From Candidatus Krumholzibacteriia bacterium (GTDB lineage: Bacteria; Krumholzibacteriota; Krumholzibacteriia; WVZY01; JAKEHA01), in assembly GCA_035762505.1 (NCBI GenBank), contig DASTOO010000146.1:1-32453 (forward strand): 32,453 nt of DNA. The letters are read 5' to 3'. The position numbers and the translations under genes were made by a program. This document shows positions 23,039-31,200 of the stretch, piece by piece. Under the pieces are notes generated by a model, which was not told the origin of the DNA, made no database searches, and saw only the letters and a list, made by a program, of their open reading frames with translations. Each line of letters begins with the position of its first letter. Positions within the stretch are counted from its first letter, which is position 1.

Positions 23039-24874
23039 GTGACTGACGGACTGAACTACAAGATCATTCAAACCGTCGCGTCCGGCGGGACGGCGGTGCT
23101 CTACAAGGCCATCCAGCTCTCACTGGACCGGGTGGTGGCCATCAAGCGCCTCCACCAGCACCTCACCACCGACGACAACTTCACGCGCCGTTTCGTGCTG
23201 GAAGCCAGGGCGGCCGCGTCGCTCGACCACGAGAACATCGTCCGCGTGATCGACTTCGGCGTCGAGAAGGACTGCTACCAGATGGTGATGGAGTTCATCG
23301 AGGGCGAGAGCCTGCGCGATGTGCTCGAGCGCTGGCGGCCCATCAACCCCGAAATCGCCCTCGCCCTCACGCACCAGGTCTGCCGCGGGCTCGAACACGC
23401 GCACGCCAAGGGCATCGTCCACCGCGACATCAAGCCGGGCAACGTGATGCTCACCAAGACGGGCGGCGTGAAAATCGCCGATTTCGGCCTCGCCAAGTTG
23501 ACGCAGGGCAGCTCGATGCACACGGCCGTGGACACGATCCTCGGGACGCCGCTCTACATGTCGCCCGAACAGGCCTTCGGCGAGAGCGTCGATCAGCGCA
23601 GCGACCTCTTCTCGCTCGGAACGATGCTGTATGAGCTCCTCACGGGGAAGCAGCCGTTCGCGAGCGAGAACTACATGGGCGTCATCCAGAACATCCTCAA
23701 GAAGGAGATCCCCGGCATCCGCGAGCTCAACCCCGCGGTGCCGCTGGCGGCGGAGGAGATCACGGCCAAGGCGCTCGCGCGCAATCGCGAGGAGCGCTTC
23801 CAGTCGGCACGCGCGTTCCGCGAGTCCATCGAGCAGGCGCTGGGCCTCGAGGGCCTGAACCGCGCGCTCGCGGCGATTCCGATGCTGCTCGACCGCAACA
23901 GTCTTTCGCGCGGGCTGTCGCTCGCCCCCACCCCGATGGCGCAAACCGGCATCAACCCGCGCAAGTCGCGCAGTTCCGCCATGGCCCGCCGGAAGTCGAA
24001 ACGACCGGTGTGGACCACGGTGAGCCTGTTGGCGGCGGTGGCCTGCGCCGCGGTGGCGTACTTCCAGTTCGGCCCCGGCACGATCCCGGGGCTGACGGCG
24101 GACGCGCCGGTCACCGGCCGCGTCCAGAATTCCGTCATGGGTGACGAATGGAGCGCCGACCTGTTCGGCGCCGCCGACATCCCGAAGGCGCCGGCGAGTG
24201 CGGCGGACACGGGCGCGACTGCACGGCCCGACACGGCGGCGGCGCGCGGGCCCGCACCCGTGGCGGGCGACACCGCGGGGAACCCGGCGCCGGCCATGCC
24301 GTGGGTCGACCCTTCCGCGAAGCCGCAGGAAAAGCCCAACGAGCAACCGGTCAACCCGGCTCCGGCCGAGGTTGCCTCCGAGCCCGCGCCAAAGCCCACG
24401 GAGGCGACGCCCGCCAGGACGCAGACCGAGGAGCCGGAACGCTTTCGCGAGGGCTACCTGCTCGTGGACGTGGAACCGTCGGGGCAGGTGTACGTGAACG
24501 GGGTCTACCGGGGACTCGCCAACCCGACGCTGCGGCTCACCCTCAACGCCGGGTTGCACTCCGTCGAGTGCCGCAGCGACAAGTTCGAGCCGTACGCGGA
24601 ATCGTTGCGCATCACCGCCGGAGAAACGTCGAAGCGGACGGTGATTCTCAAGAAGCTCAAGGGAATCATCAGCCTCGCCACGACGGAAGGAGCCGAGTTG
24701 TACATCGACGGCGCGCTCATCGGCGTCACGCCCATCATGCGCCCCATCGAAGTCGACGCGGGGACGCACACGCTCACCATCAAGAAGGAGAACCACTTCA
24801 CGTGGTCATCCGAGGTGACCGTCGAGCCGAACGTCACCCTGCCGCTCCGCATCACGCTGAGCCCGCGCTACTAG
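23039..24874 (+). CDS. Receptor-type Ser/Thr protein kinase: kinase domain, TM helix, Pro/Ala-rich linker, two PEGA domains
   Basis: VAIKRL, HRDIKPGNVML, DFGLAKL, GTPLYMSPEQ. TM segment VWTTVSLLAAVACAAVAYF. C-terminal YLLVDVEPSGQVYVNG.. and ELYIDGALIGVTP.. (PEGA-like). GTG start. Confidence 0.9.
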   Translation: MTDGLNYKIIQTVASGGTAVLYKAIQLSLDRVVAIKRLHQHLTTDDNFTRRFVLEARAAASLDHENIVRVIDFGVEKDCYQMVMEFIEGESLRDVLERWRPINPEIALALTHQVCRGLEHAHAKGIVHRDIKPGNVMLTKTGGVKIADFGLAKLTQGSSMHTAVDTILGTPLYMSPEQAFGESVDQRSDLFSLGTMLYELLTGKQPFASENYMGVIQNILKKEIPGIRELNPAVPLAAEEITAKALARNREERFQSARAFRESIEQALGLEGLNRALAAIPMLLDRNSLSRGLSLAPTPMAQTGINPRKSRSSAMARRKSKRPVWTTVSLLAAVACAAVAYFQFGPGTIPGLTADAPVTGRVQNSVMGDEWSADLFGAADIPKAPASAADTGATARPDTAAARGPAPVAGDTAGNPAPAMPWVDPSAKPQEKPNEQPVNPAPAEVASEPAPKPTEATPARTQTEEPERFREGYLLVDVEPSGQVYVNGVYRGLANPTLRLTLNAGLHSVECRSDKFEPYAESLRITAGETSKRTVILKKLKGIISLATTEGAELYIDGALIGVTPIMRPIEVDAGTHTLTIKKENHFTWSSEVTVEPNVTLPLRITLSPRY

Positions 24875-25983
24875 CCCGTCGCACGCGCATCCAGGAGCCG
24901 CGCCGCTTCCGCCACCACCTCGTCCGCGCCGAGCGACAGCAGCCGCCCCCCCGGCGACCGCACGATATGCAGCCCCTCGCAGCGCGGCGCCCATCGAAAG
25001 GGGTCGGTCGGGCCGAACACCGCCAGCACCCGCGCCTGCGCGGCGGCCGCGACGTGCATCACCCCGGTGTCATTGCACAGCACGAGGTCCGCCCGCCGCA
25101 GGAGCGCCGCCACGTCCAGGATGGGCCGGCCACGGAACACGGTACCCTTGACACTGCAGGCGGACTGAAACGCGCCCACCGACGCGGCGTCGGCGGGGCC
25201 TTCGATCACCGCGAGGGTCACGTCGCGCTCACTTGCCAGGTCGTCCACCACCCGCGCCCATCGCTCCGGCGGCCAGATGTTCTCCGCCTTGCCCGCGCCG
25301 GGGTGCACCGCGAGGCGCACCGTTCCGTCCTTCCAGCACGCGGCCGCCGCATCCTCCGCCCAGCGTTCGCTCCCGGGGCCGGGCACGAGCAGCGGCGCGA
25401 TATCGGCGGTCGTGATGCCGACCGCGCGCAGCGGGTGGAGGTTGTGCTCCGCCTCGTTCATGGTTGCGAGCTCGGTGTCCGAGGGGAGCGGCAGCGTCAG
25501 GTTGAGGTAGCTGCCGGTGAGGGATTCGCCCACGCGCGCCGACGTGGAGCCGATGCGCACGCGCGCGCCCGAGAGGACGGCGAGAACGACGCTGGTGAAG
25601 GAGAACGACACCGTGTGCAGCACGATGGCAAGGTCGAAGCGGCGGGCGCGCAGCTTCCGGACCAGCCCGGGCGAGCGGGCCGGGCTCTTCTTGTCGTACG
25701 TGTAGATGTCGTCCACGTACGGACTGTTGGCAAGGACACCGCGGTTCAGCGTCGACGAGACGACGCCGATGCGGGCGGACGGGAAGGTTTCACGGATGGC
25801 GCGGAAGGCCGGGATCGCGAGCATCATGTCGCCCATCTGGTTGTGCTGGCGAATGACGAGGATGCGCTCGAAGCGCATCGCGCGAAACTGCTCCGCCGTG
25901 ATGGGCCGCGCGCGCAACGCGCGTCCGACGCCGGCCATGAGCGCGCGTTTCCCGGAGCGTTCGAGCGTCTTCACGCGTCCCAT
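24871..25983 (-). CDS. Glycosyltransferase family 9 (heptosyltransferase-like)
   Basis: ILVIRQHNQMGDMMLAIPAFRAI and LVLCNDTGVMHVAAA..VLAVFGPTDP. Start moved to ATG 25983 (MGRVKT), 4 nt after the rsgA stop, rather than the overlapping 26049. Confidence 0.85.
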   Translation of the reverse strand: MGRVKTLERSGKRALMAGVGRALRARPITAEQFRAMRFERILVIRQHNQMGDMMLAIPAFRAIRETFPSARIGVVSSTLNRGVLANSPYVDDIYTYDKKSPARSPGLVRKLRARRFDLAIVLHTVSFSFTSVVLAVLSGARVRIGSTSARVGESLTGSYLNLTLPLPSDTELATMNEAEHNLHPLRAVGITTADIAPLLVPGPGSERWAEDAAAACWKDGTVRLAVHPGAGKAENIWPPERWARVVDDLASERDVTLAVIEGPADAASVGAFQSACSVKGTVFRGRPILDVAALLRRADLVLCNDTGVMHVAAAAQARVLAVFGPTDPFRWAPRCEGLHIVRSPGGRLLSLGADEVVAEAARLLDARATG

Positions 25984-25987
25984 GCGC

Positions 25988-26929
25988 TCACCACTGCTTG
26001 TTGGCCGCGCGCTCGCGCAGATCGCGCACGATCTCGACATAGCTCGCAAAGCGCGCCGCGTCGATCGCTCCCGTCTCCACCGCCGCCTTCACCGCGCAGG
26101 ACGGTTCGTGGGTGTGGCTGCAGGGGTCGAAGCGGCAGCGCGTCTCCATGCGCACGATCTCCGGGAAGCACTCCGCGACGCCGTCCGGGTCGTCCCCGGG
26201 AAACTGGAAGGTCTGCATGCCCGGCGTGTCGGCGAGAAAGCCTTTGCGGAAGGGAAAGAGCTGCGAATACGCCGTGGTGTGCCGGCCACGGCCGGTCCGC
26301 TCGCCCACCTCGCGCACGTCCAGGTCGAGTGCGGGGTCCAGGCGGTTGAGGAGGGAGCTCTTCCCCACGCCCGACTCGCCGACGAAGGCGTAGACCCCCT
26401 GCCCGACGAGCGCCGCCAGCGCGTCCACGCCGCTGCCGCTGGCCGCGCAGGTCTCGAACACGTCGTAGCCCGCGCCCTCGTAGACCGAACGGAATGCCGC
26501 CACCTCGCCCTTTCCCCCCATGTCGGTCTTGTTGAGCACGACGACCGCGGGCGCATGGCCCCATTCGGCGGCGGCGAGTATGCGGTTGAGAAACTCGGGG
26601 TGCGGCGGGGGCTCGCCGAGCGACGCCACCACGAAGAGCCGCTCCACGTTCGCGACGATGAGCCGGCTCCCGCGGCCCCTGTCCGCGTGGCGCGAGAGCC
26701 ACGACGCGCGCGGGAGCACCTTCTCCAGCGCAACGCTCCCCGACGGCTCGCGCCGGACCTCCACCCGGTCGCCGGCCACCACCTGCAGGGATTTTTCCTT
26801 CACCCGGAAGCGGCCCCGGAGCGAGCAGGCGACCACGGTCGCCCCGATCCGGACCCAGACATCCCCTCCGGTCACCCGGATGACGAGGGCATTTTCGACG
26901 CGATCTTGCATGGAATCGTCGCTGCTCAT
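25988..26929 (-). CDS. rsgA: Ribosome small-subunit-dependent GTPase A
   Basis: Circularly permuted GTPase motifs VLNKTDM, then GESGVGKSSLLN and DTPGMQ. C-terminal zinc knuckle CRFDPCSHTHEPSC. The start at ATG 26929 (MSSDDS) is tentative; 26911 and 27001 are alternatives. Confidence 0.85.
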   Translation of the reverse strand: MSSDDSMQDRVENALVIRVTGGDVWVRIGATVVACSLRGRFRVKEKSLQVVAGDRVEVRREPSGSVALEKVLPRASWLSRHADRGRGSRLIVANVERLFVVASLGEPPPHPEFLNRILAAAEWGHAPAVVVLNKTDMGGKGEVAAFRSVYEGAGYDVFETCAASGSGVDALAALVGQGVYAFVGESGVGKSSLLNRLDPALDLDVREVGERTGRGRHTTAYSQLFPFRKGFLADTPGMQTFQFPGDDPDGVAECFPEIVRMETRCRFDPCSHTHEPSCAVKAAVETGAIDAARFASYVEIVRDLRERAANKQW

Positions 26930-26960
26930 GCGGGTGGCCGCCCGGCTCGCAGAATTGGTA

Positions 26961-26989
26961 TTGAGGATAAGCCGCGAATCTGGTAATTT
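26961..26989 (+). promoter_or_regulatory. Promoter candidate for the PtsN-like / zinc-ribbon gene pair
   Basis: TTGAGG (26961-66), a 17-nt spacer ending in TGg, then TAATTT (26984-89). The same bases can also be read as a weak sigma-54 element, TGGTAATTTCCAAGC (26981-95, GG-N10-GC). Confidence 0.35.
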
Positions 26990-27029
26990 CCAAGCGTTCA
27001 TTCACTTGGCGTCCGCCGACGCCCGATCC

Positions 27030-27512
27030 ATGGCCACACCAGTGATGACGTCCCAAGAGCTCGCTTCATACTTCAGAGACCCTCTTTGCATCTTCGACCT
27101 GAAGGCGACGACCAAGCGCGACGCGCTGGCCGAGCTGGTCGAAGCGGTGTGCGCCGATCGTGACATCCGGGACCGTGGCCTGATTCTCGAAATGCTGCTC
27201 AACCGCGAAAGCCTGGGCAGCACCGCCATCGGCAAAGGCGTCGCGTTTCCGCACGGCCGCACGCTCGCGGTGCGCGAGCTCTCCATCGCCTTCGGGCGCT
27301 CCGTTTCCGGCGTCGACTTCGATTCCATCGACAAGCAGCCGACACACGTGTTCTTCCTCATCATCGCCCCCCCGCAGGACCGCGATAATCTGTACCTGCA
27401 GGTTCTCGGCCGCGTCGTCGACCTCATCAAGGACGATGCCGCGCGCGGGCGCATCATGGGCGCATCGAGCGTCGGAGAACTGAAATCCATCGTCGAAGGG
27501 CAGGGCTTGTGA
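27030..27512 (+). CDS. ptsN: PTS EIIA type-2 domain protein (PtsN / EIIA-Ntr-like)
   Basis: In-frame C-terminal part of track ORF 26520..27512, starting at ATG 27030. LNRESLGSTAIGKGVAFPHGR (phospho-His context) and HVFFLIIAP. About 160 aa, typical of a stand-alone EIIA-Ntr. Confidence 0.8.
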   Translation: MATPVMTSQELASYFRDPLCIFDLKATTKRDALAELVEAVCADRDIRDRGLILEMLLNRESLGSTAIGKGVAFPHGRTLAVRELSIAFGRSVSGVDFDSIDKQPTHVFFLIIAPPQDRDNLYLQVLGRVVDLIKDDAARGRIMGASSVGELKSIVEGQGL

Positions 27513-27868
27513 GCGATCTTCCGGCAAAAAAGCAGGACCAGGCGCGACTCCTGGTCGCACTACAGGACATCGACCACATGATCAAGGAAGCGGAGGACAC
27601 CAAGACCTCCGCGAAGTTTCAGGAAATGGGCTTTCCGCTCGACGGAATCCTCGAGTTGAAGAAGGCCCGCGAAGAAATCGCCGCAAACGTCAAACCCCAG
27701 CTCCTCAACCGGTATCAGCGCGTCTCGAAGAACTACGAACGCTCGGTCGTTCCCGTGGTCGGCGAGTTGTGCACGGGCTGCTTCGCCAAGGTGCCGACGT
27801 CCTTCCGCTACGAGAAGAACGCCGTCGTGGCCTGCGAGAACTGCGGCCGCATTCTCTACTTCACGTAG
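27509..27868 (+). CDS. Short C4 zinc-ribbon protein of the DUF164/COG1579 (HP0958-like) type
   Basis: The GTG start overlaps the ptsN-like TGA (GTGA). Coiled-coil-like N-terminus, then VVPVVGELCTGCFAKVP....VVACENCGRILYF, matching the C..C...C..CGRILY ending I associate with this family. Confidence 0.8.
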   Translation: MSDLPAKKQDQARLLVALQDIDHMIKEAEDTKTSAKFQEMGFPLDGILELKKAREEIAANVKPQLLNRYQRVSKNYERSVVPVVGELCTGCFAKVPTSFRYEKNAVVACENCGRILYFT

Positions 27869-27907
27869 TCTCTCACTATACGTGTGGCCGCGCGGCAGTT
27901 GTCCGTG

Positions 27908-28008
27908 GCAGCGGTGTGCGGTCTGCGCAACGTCCTCGCGTGAACGACGAAGTGGCCGGCAAGTCCCAGCATTTGCTGCGGATTGTTGCTCAGACCGCAC
28001 ACCGCTGC
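27908..28008. repeat. Long inverted repeat forming a ~100-nt hairpin (function unknown; ncRNA or regulatory candidate)
   Basis: 18-bp perfect inverted repeat: GCAGCGGTGTGCGGTCTG (27908-27925) pairs with CAGACCGCACACCGCTGC (27991-28008). After one mismatch it extends by 5-6 more pairs (27927-32 with 27984-89). Confidence 0.6.
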
Positions 28009-28129
28009 TCCCGGGCGCCGTTCCGCGCGGGTGGCGGTCAGCGGGCGCCCGTGCGGGCGAGCCATTTATCGCGAAGGCGGAAACTGGCGAGACCGCGACG
28101 GGCTGCTGACCGACAGGACCCGCGCGGCA

Positions 28130-28169
28130 ATCAACCCGGCTGGTAGAGTGAAACGTGATCAACCGGGCT
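28130..28169 (+). promoter_or_regulatory. Direct repeat pair abutting the -35 of the EBP promoter (operator candidate)
   Basis: ATCAACCCGGCT (28130-41) and ATCAACCGGGCT (28158-69) share 11 of 12 bases and start 28 nt apart. The second copy ends at the first T of the TTGCTT -35 hexamer. Confidence 0.3.
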
Positions 28170-28196
28170 TGCTTTTCGGCCGTACTCTGGTAAAAT
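28169..28196 (+). promoter_or_regulatory. Sigma-70-type promoter with extended -10 for the enhancer-binding protein gene
   Basis: TTGCTT (28169-74), a 16-nt spacer ending in TGg, then TAAAAT (28191-96), in the only AT-rich patch of the spacer. The leader to ATG 28277 is about 70 nt. Confidence 0.5.
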
Positions 28197-28276
28197 AATT
28201 TTACTTTTCGTCCGCAAGGTATTGTTTCTTGCCCGTCTTGCCCGCTTGCCGGGGCCATACGGACGTGGGAGCGGCC

Positions 28277-31200
28277 ATGGAGTCTTCCGTTCGAACCTTC
28301 CGTCGCAATCTCGAGCCCATCGAGGAGGAGCGGGTTGCGGGCGCCTGGCGCGTGGCCGGGCACGTCGACCTGGTCAGCGAGCGCAGGTTCCTCGTGGCCT
28401 GGGCGGCGACCGACGCCGCCGGAAGAACCGACGCGAACGTGCTCACCTTTCGGTGTGACGCCGCCATGGCGATCGCGCCGGATGCTTGTCTCCCCGCGCT
28501 CGACATCACCACCGGCAATGGCCGCGCCGAGATTCTCACCTCCTTCGCCCGGCGGCTGGATGACAACGAGTGGTCGAACGGTGACATCGAGCGCGCGCTG
28601 CTCTCCCTGATCGATACCCTGGATCGCCTAGACGCCCACGCGTTCCACGCCGTGCATCTCAACGCCGATCTCGTCGGGCTCGACGAGACGAGTGCGCTCG
28701 TCGTTTTCCCGGCCGCGTACGCGTTTCCGCCGGATGCCGCCGACCCGGCGCGCGCCGGGCTGGATGCGAGGGCGATCTCACGCGCGGCGCATGTGCATAC
28801 CCTCGCGAGCGTGGCGAAGACGCTGGCGCCGCACGCCACGGGCGCGTTCGCGGACCGGCTGCGCAGGCTCGTCGCCGCCATCGCGGCGGGCTCGGTCGCG
28901 GGCGCGGCCCAGGCACGAACGTTACTCGCCGCCGAGACGAACGCCGCCCCGACCCCGGCGGCGCCCGCGCGCAAGCGGGACGACATCCCTTTCGACACGG
29001 CCGGCGCCCTGCGCGCGATCGCGGAGTCGAAGCCGGTGGAGGTCGCGGGACCCGCCGGCAGCGGCCGCACGGCCGTGCTCGAACGCTTCGCTGCGGAAGC
29101 ACGGCGAGCCGGCATCGACCCGCACTGGCTGGACGAGTGGGAGATCCCGGGCACCCCGCGCAAGCGCGGCGCCGGCCGCGAGGCGGGGCGCGGTACGGTG
29201 TGGATCGTCGACGACGCGGACGAGCGCCCGCTCCTGCATGCGTTCGTGCTGGACCACGCCGCCGAACTGGAGCGGCGGCCCGGCGCGGGGCTCGTGATCG
29301 CCACGCGGTCCGACGACCGGCCCAGCGCCTTCATGGCGCTCCTGCGCTCGCGCAGCCCGCACGGCGTGTTCACCGCGACTCTCCCGCCCGCGCGCAGCGA
29401 CGACCCGCGCGCCGCCGCGCTGGACACGCTGGAACCGGACGCGCGCCAGGCGCTCGAGCTGGTCGCGGTGGCCGATTGTCCGCTGCCCATCGACGTGGTG
29501 CTCTCGGTGTATCCGGGCACGGACCGGGCGGTGCACCGGCACATCTTCGCCCTGGCCGGCGCCGACCTCGTCGCCATCGAGTCGCGTCGTCTCGCCGCCG
29601 GCAGCGCGACCCTCCTCGTCTCCGTTCCCAGCGCGTCGCTGCGCCGCCTGATCCGCGACCGCATTCCGGAATCGCGCCGGCGCAACCTGCACCGCACCAT
29701 CGCGCGCATCGCCGACGAACGCGGCTCGTTCGCCCCCATGTTCGTTTACCAGCATCTCCTGGGCGCCGGCGAAGGACGCGACGCCGCTGCGCGCGCGGCG
29801 GCCTTCGTCCGCGAGGCGACGCGCCCGCAGCGCGCGCCATTCATCGAGAGCATCGTGCGCGACGTGATCGAGAGCGGCCTCGACCGCAGCCTCGCCTACG
29901 GCGACCGCATGACGCTCCTCGTCCGCGTCGGCGACGATCTGCTCGCCCGCGGCAGGCAGAAGGAGGCCGAAGCGCTCCTCGTCCGCGCCCGCGCCATCCG
30001 CGCCAGCGGCGACGACGTCCGCGCCAAAGCCCCGCTCGCGGGCGAGGCGATGCGGCTCCTGGCCGACGCGTGGGCCGCGCGCGGGCAGCTGCGCGAGGCG
30101 CTCGAGCTGCTCGAGGATACGCGCGAGGATATTGCGCCCTACCTGAGTCTCGCGGAGCAGGCCCGGCTGCTGAACGACATCGGCTGGTTCCAGTACCGCC
30201 TCGGCGACTATTCGAGTTGCGTGGACTCGTGCAAGTTCACGATCAACACGCTGAACCCGAACGAACACCCGCTGGTGGTCGCCCAGGCGCTGAACCTGAT
30301 GGGCGTCATCGCCTTCAACACGAGCCGTTACGACGAGGCGGTTTCTTACTACGAGCAGAGCGCGTTCCTGCGCGAGCGCGAGAAAGACCTCAACGCGCTC
30401 GCCGGCTCCTACAACAACCTGGCGCTGGCGTACCAGTCCAAGGGCGAATACGACAAGGCGCTCGGCTATCTCCACAAGAGCATCGAGATCAAGAGCCGCC
30501 AGAACAACGAAGCGGGCATCGCGGGCGGCTACCTGAACCTCGCGTTCCTCTACCTGGAGGTGCACAACTTCGACGAGGCGGAGCGGCGTTGCCGCGAGAG
30601 CCTGCGCATCAGCTCCGAGCTGGGACTCGCGCAGCTCATCGCCGAGAACCTCAACACCCTCGGCGACATCGTGTTCGCGCGCGGCCGCCTGGACGACGCC
30701 GAGCGCTACTACCGCGATTCCCTCGGCAACGCGCGGCGGCTTTCCACCGTGAACGAGGAGATGGGCGCGCAGAAGCGCCTCGCCAAGCTGTACATCCGCA
30801 AGGGCCGTCCCGAGGACGCGCGTGCCGCCATCGACGAGGCCTCGCGTCTCGCCGCCCAGATCGGATCGAAGTACGAGCAGGCGCAGACCGAGGAGATCTA
30901 CGGCGACCTGAGCGTCTCGGAGGGCGTGCACGGCGCGGCACTGGATCATTTCGAGAAGGCCGCGACGGCGTACGCGACCCTCTCCAAGCTCCGCCTCGCG
31001 GCGGCGTCCCTGGCCAAGGCGGGGATCGCGCACGCGAAGAACAGCAACCCGCTCGACGCGAAACGATACCTGGACCGCGCGCAGGACCTCATGAAGTCGC
31101 AGATCGGTCACGAGATTCCCGAAGAGATCGTGACCCTGCAGCAGACTCTGCGCGAGAGCCCGCTGCCCACCGCGGTGTCGGGCACGGCGTCGCAGAAGCT

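Noticed and set aside
20587-26349. Other long shadow ORFs: 20587..22266 (-), 23120..24796 (-) and 24148..26349 (+)
   Set aside because: Antisense or off-frame to the FHA, kinase, GT9 and rsgA genes, with artefactual composition.
27908-28008. The 18-bp inverted repeat as a MITE or IS remnant
   Set aside because: No flanking target-site duplication, no second copy noticed in the window, and no transposase nearby. It is kept only as a hairpin of unknown function.
27869-28168. RNase P RNA, SRP (4.5S) RNA, tmRNA or a tRNA in the structured spacer
   Set aside because: No GGAAAGUCCGG / ACAGAACCCGGCUUA pair in the right order, although partial look-alikes exist (GGCAAGUCCCAGC, CGACAGGACCCGCG). There is no GNRA-capped SRP domain IV motif. 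A D-arm-like GGCTGGTAGAGTG has no T-arm. A covariance-model scan is still needed.
28185-28202. Sigma-54 reading of CTCTGGTAAAATAATTTT upstream of the EBP gene
   Set aside because: The GG is followed at the -12 position by TT rather than GC. The sequence fits an extended -10 sigma-70-type promoter much better.
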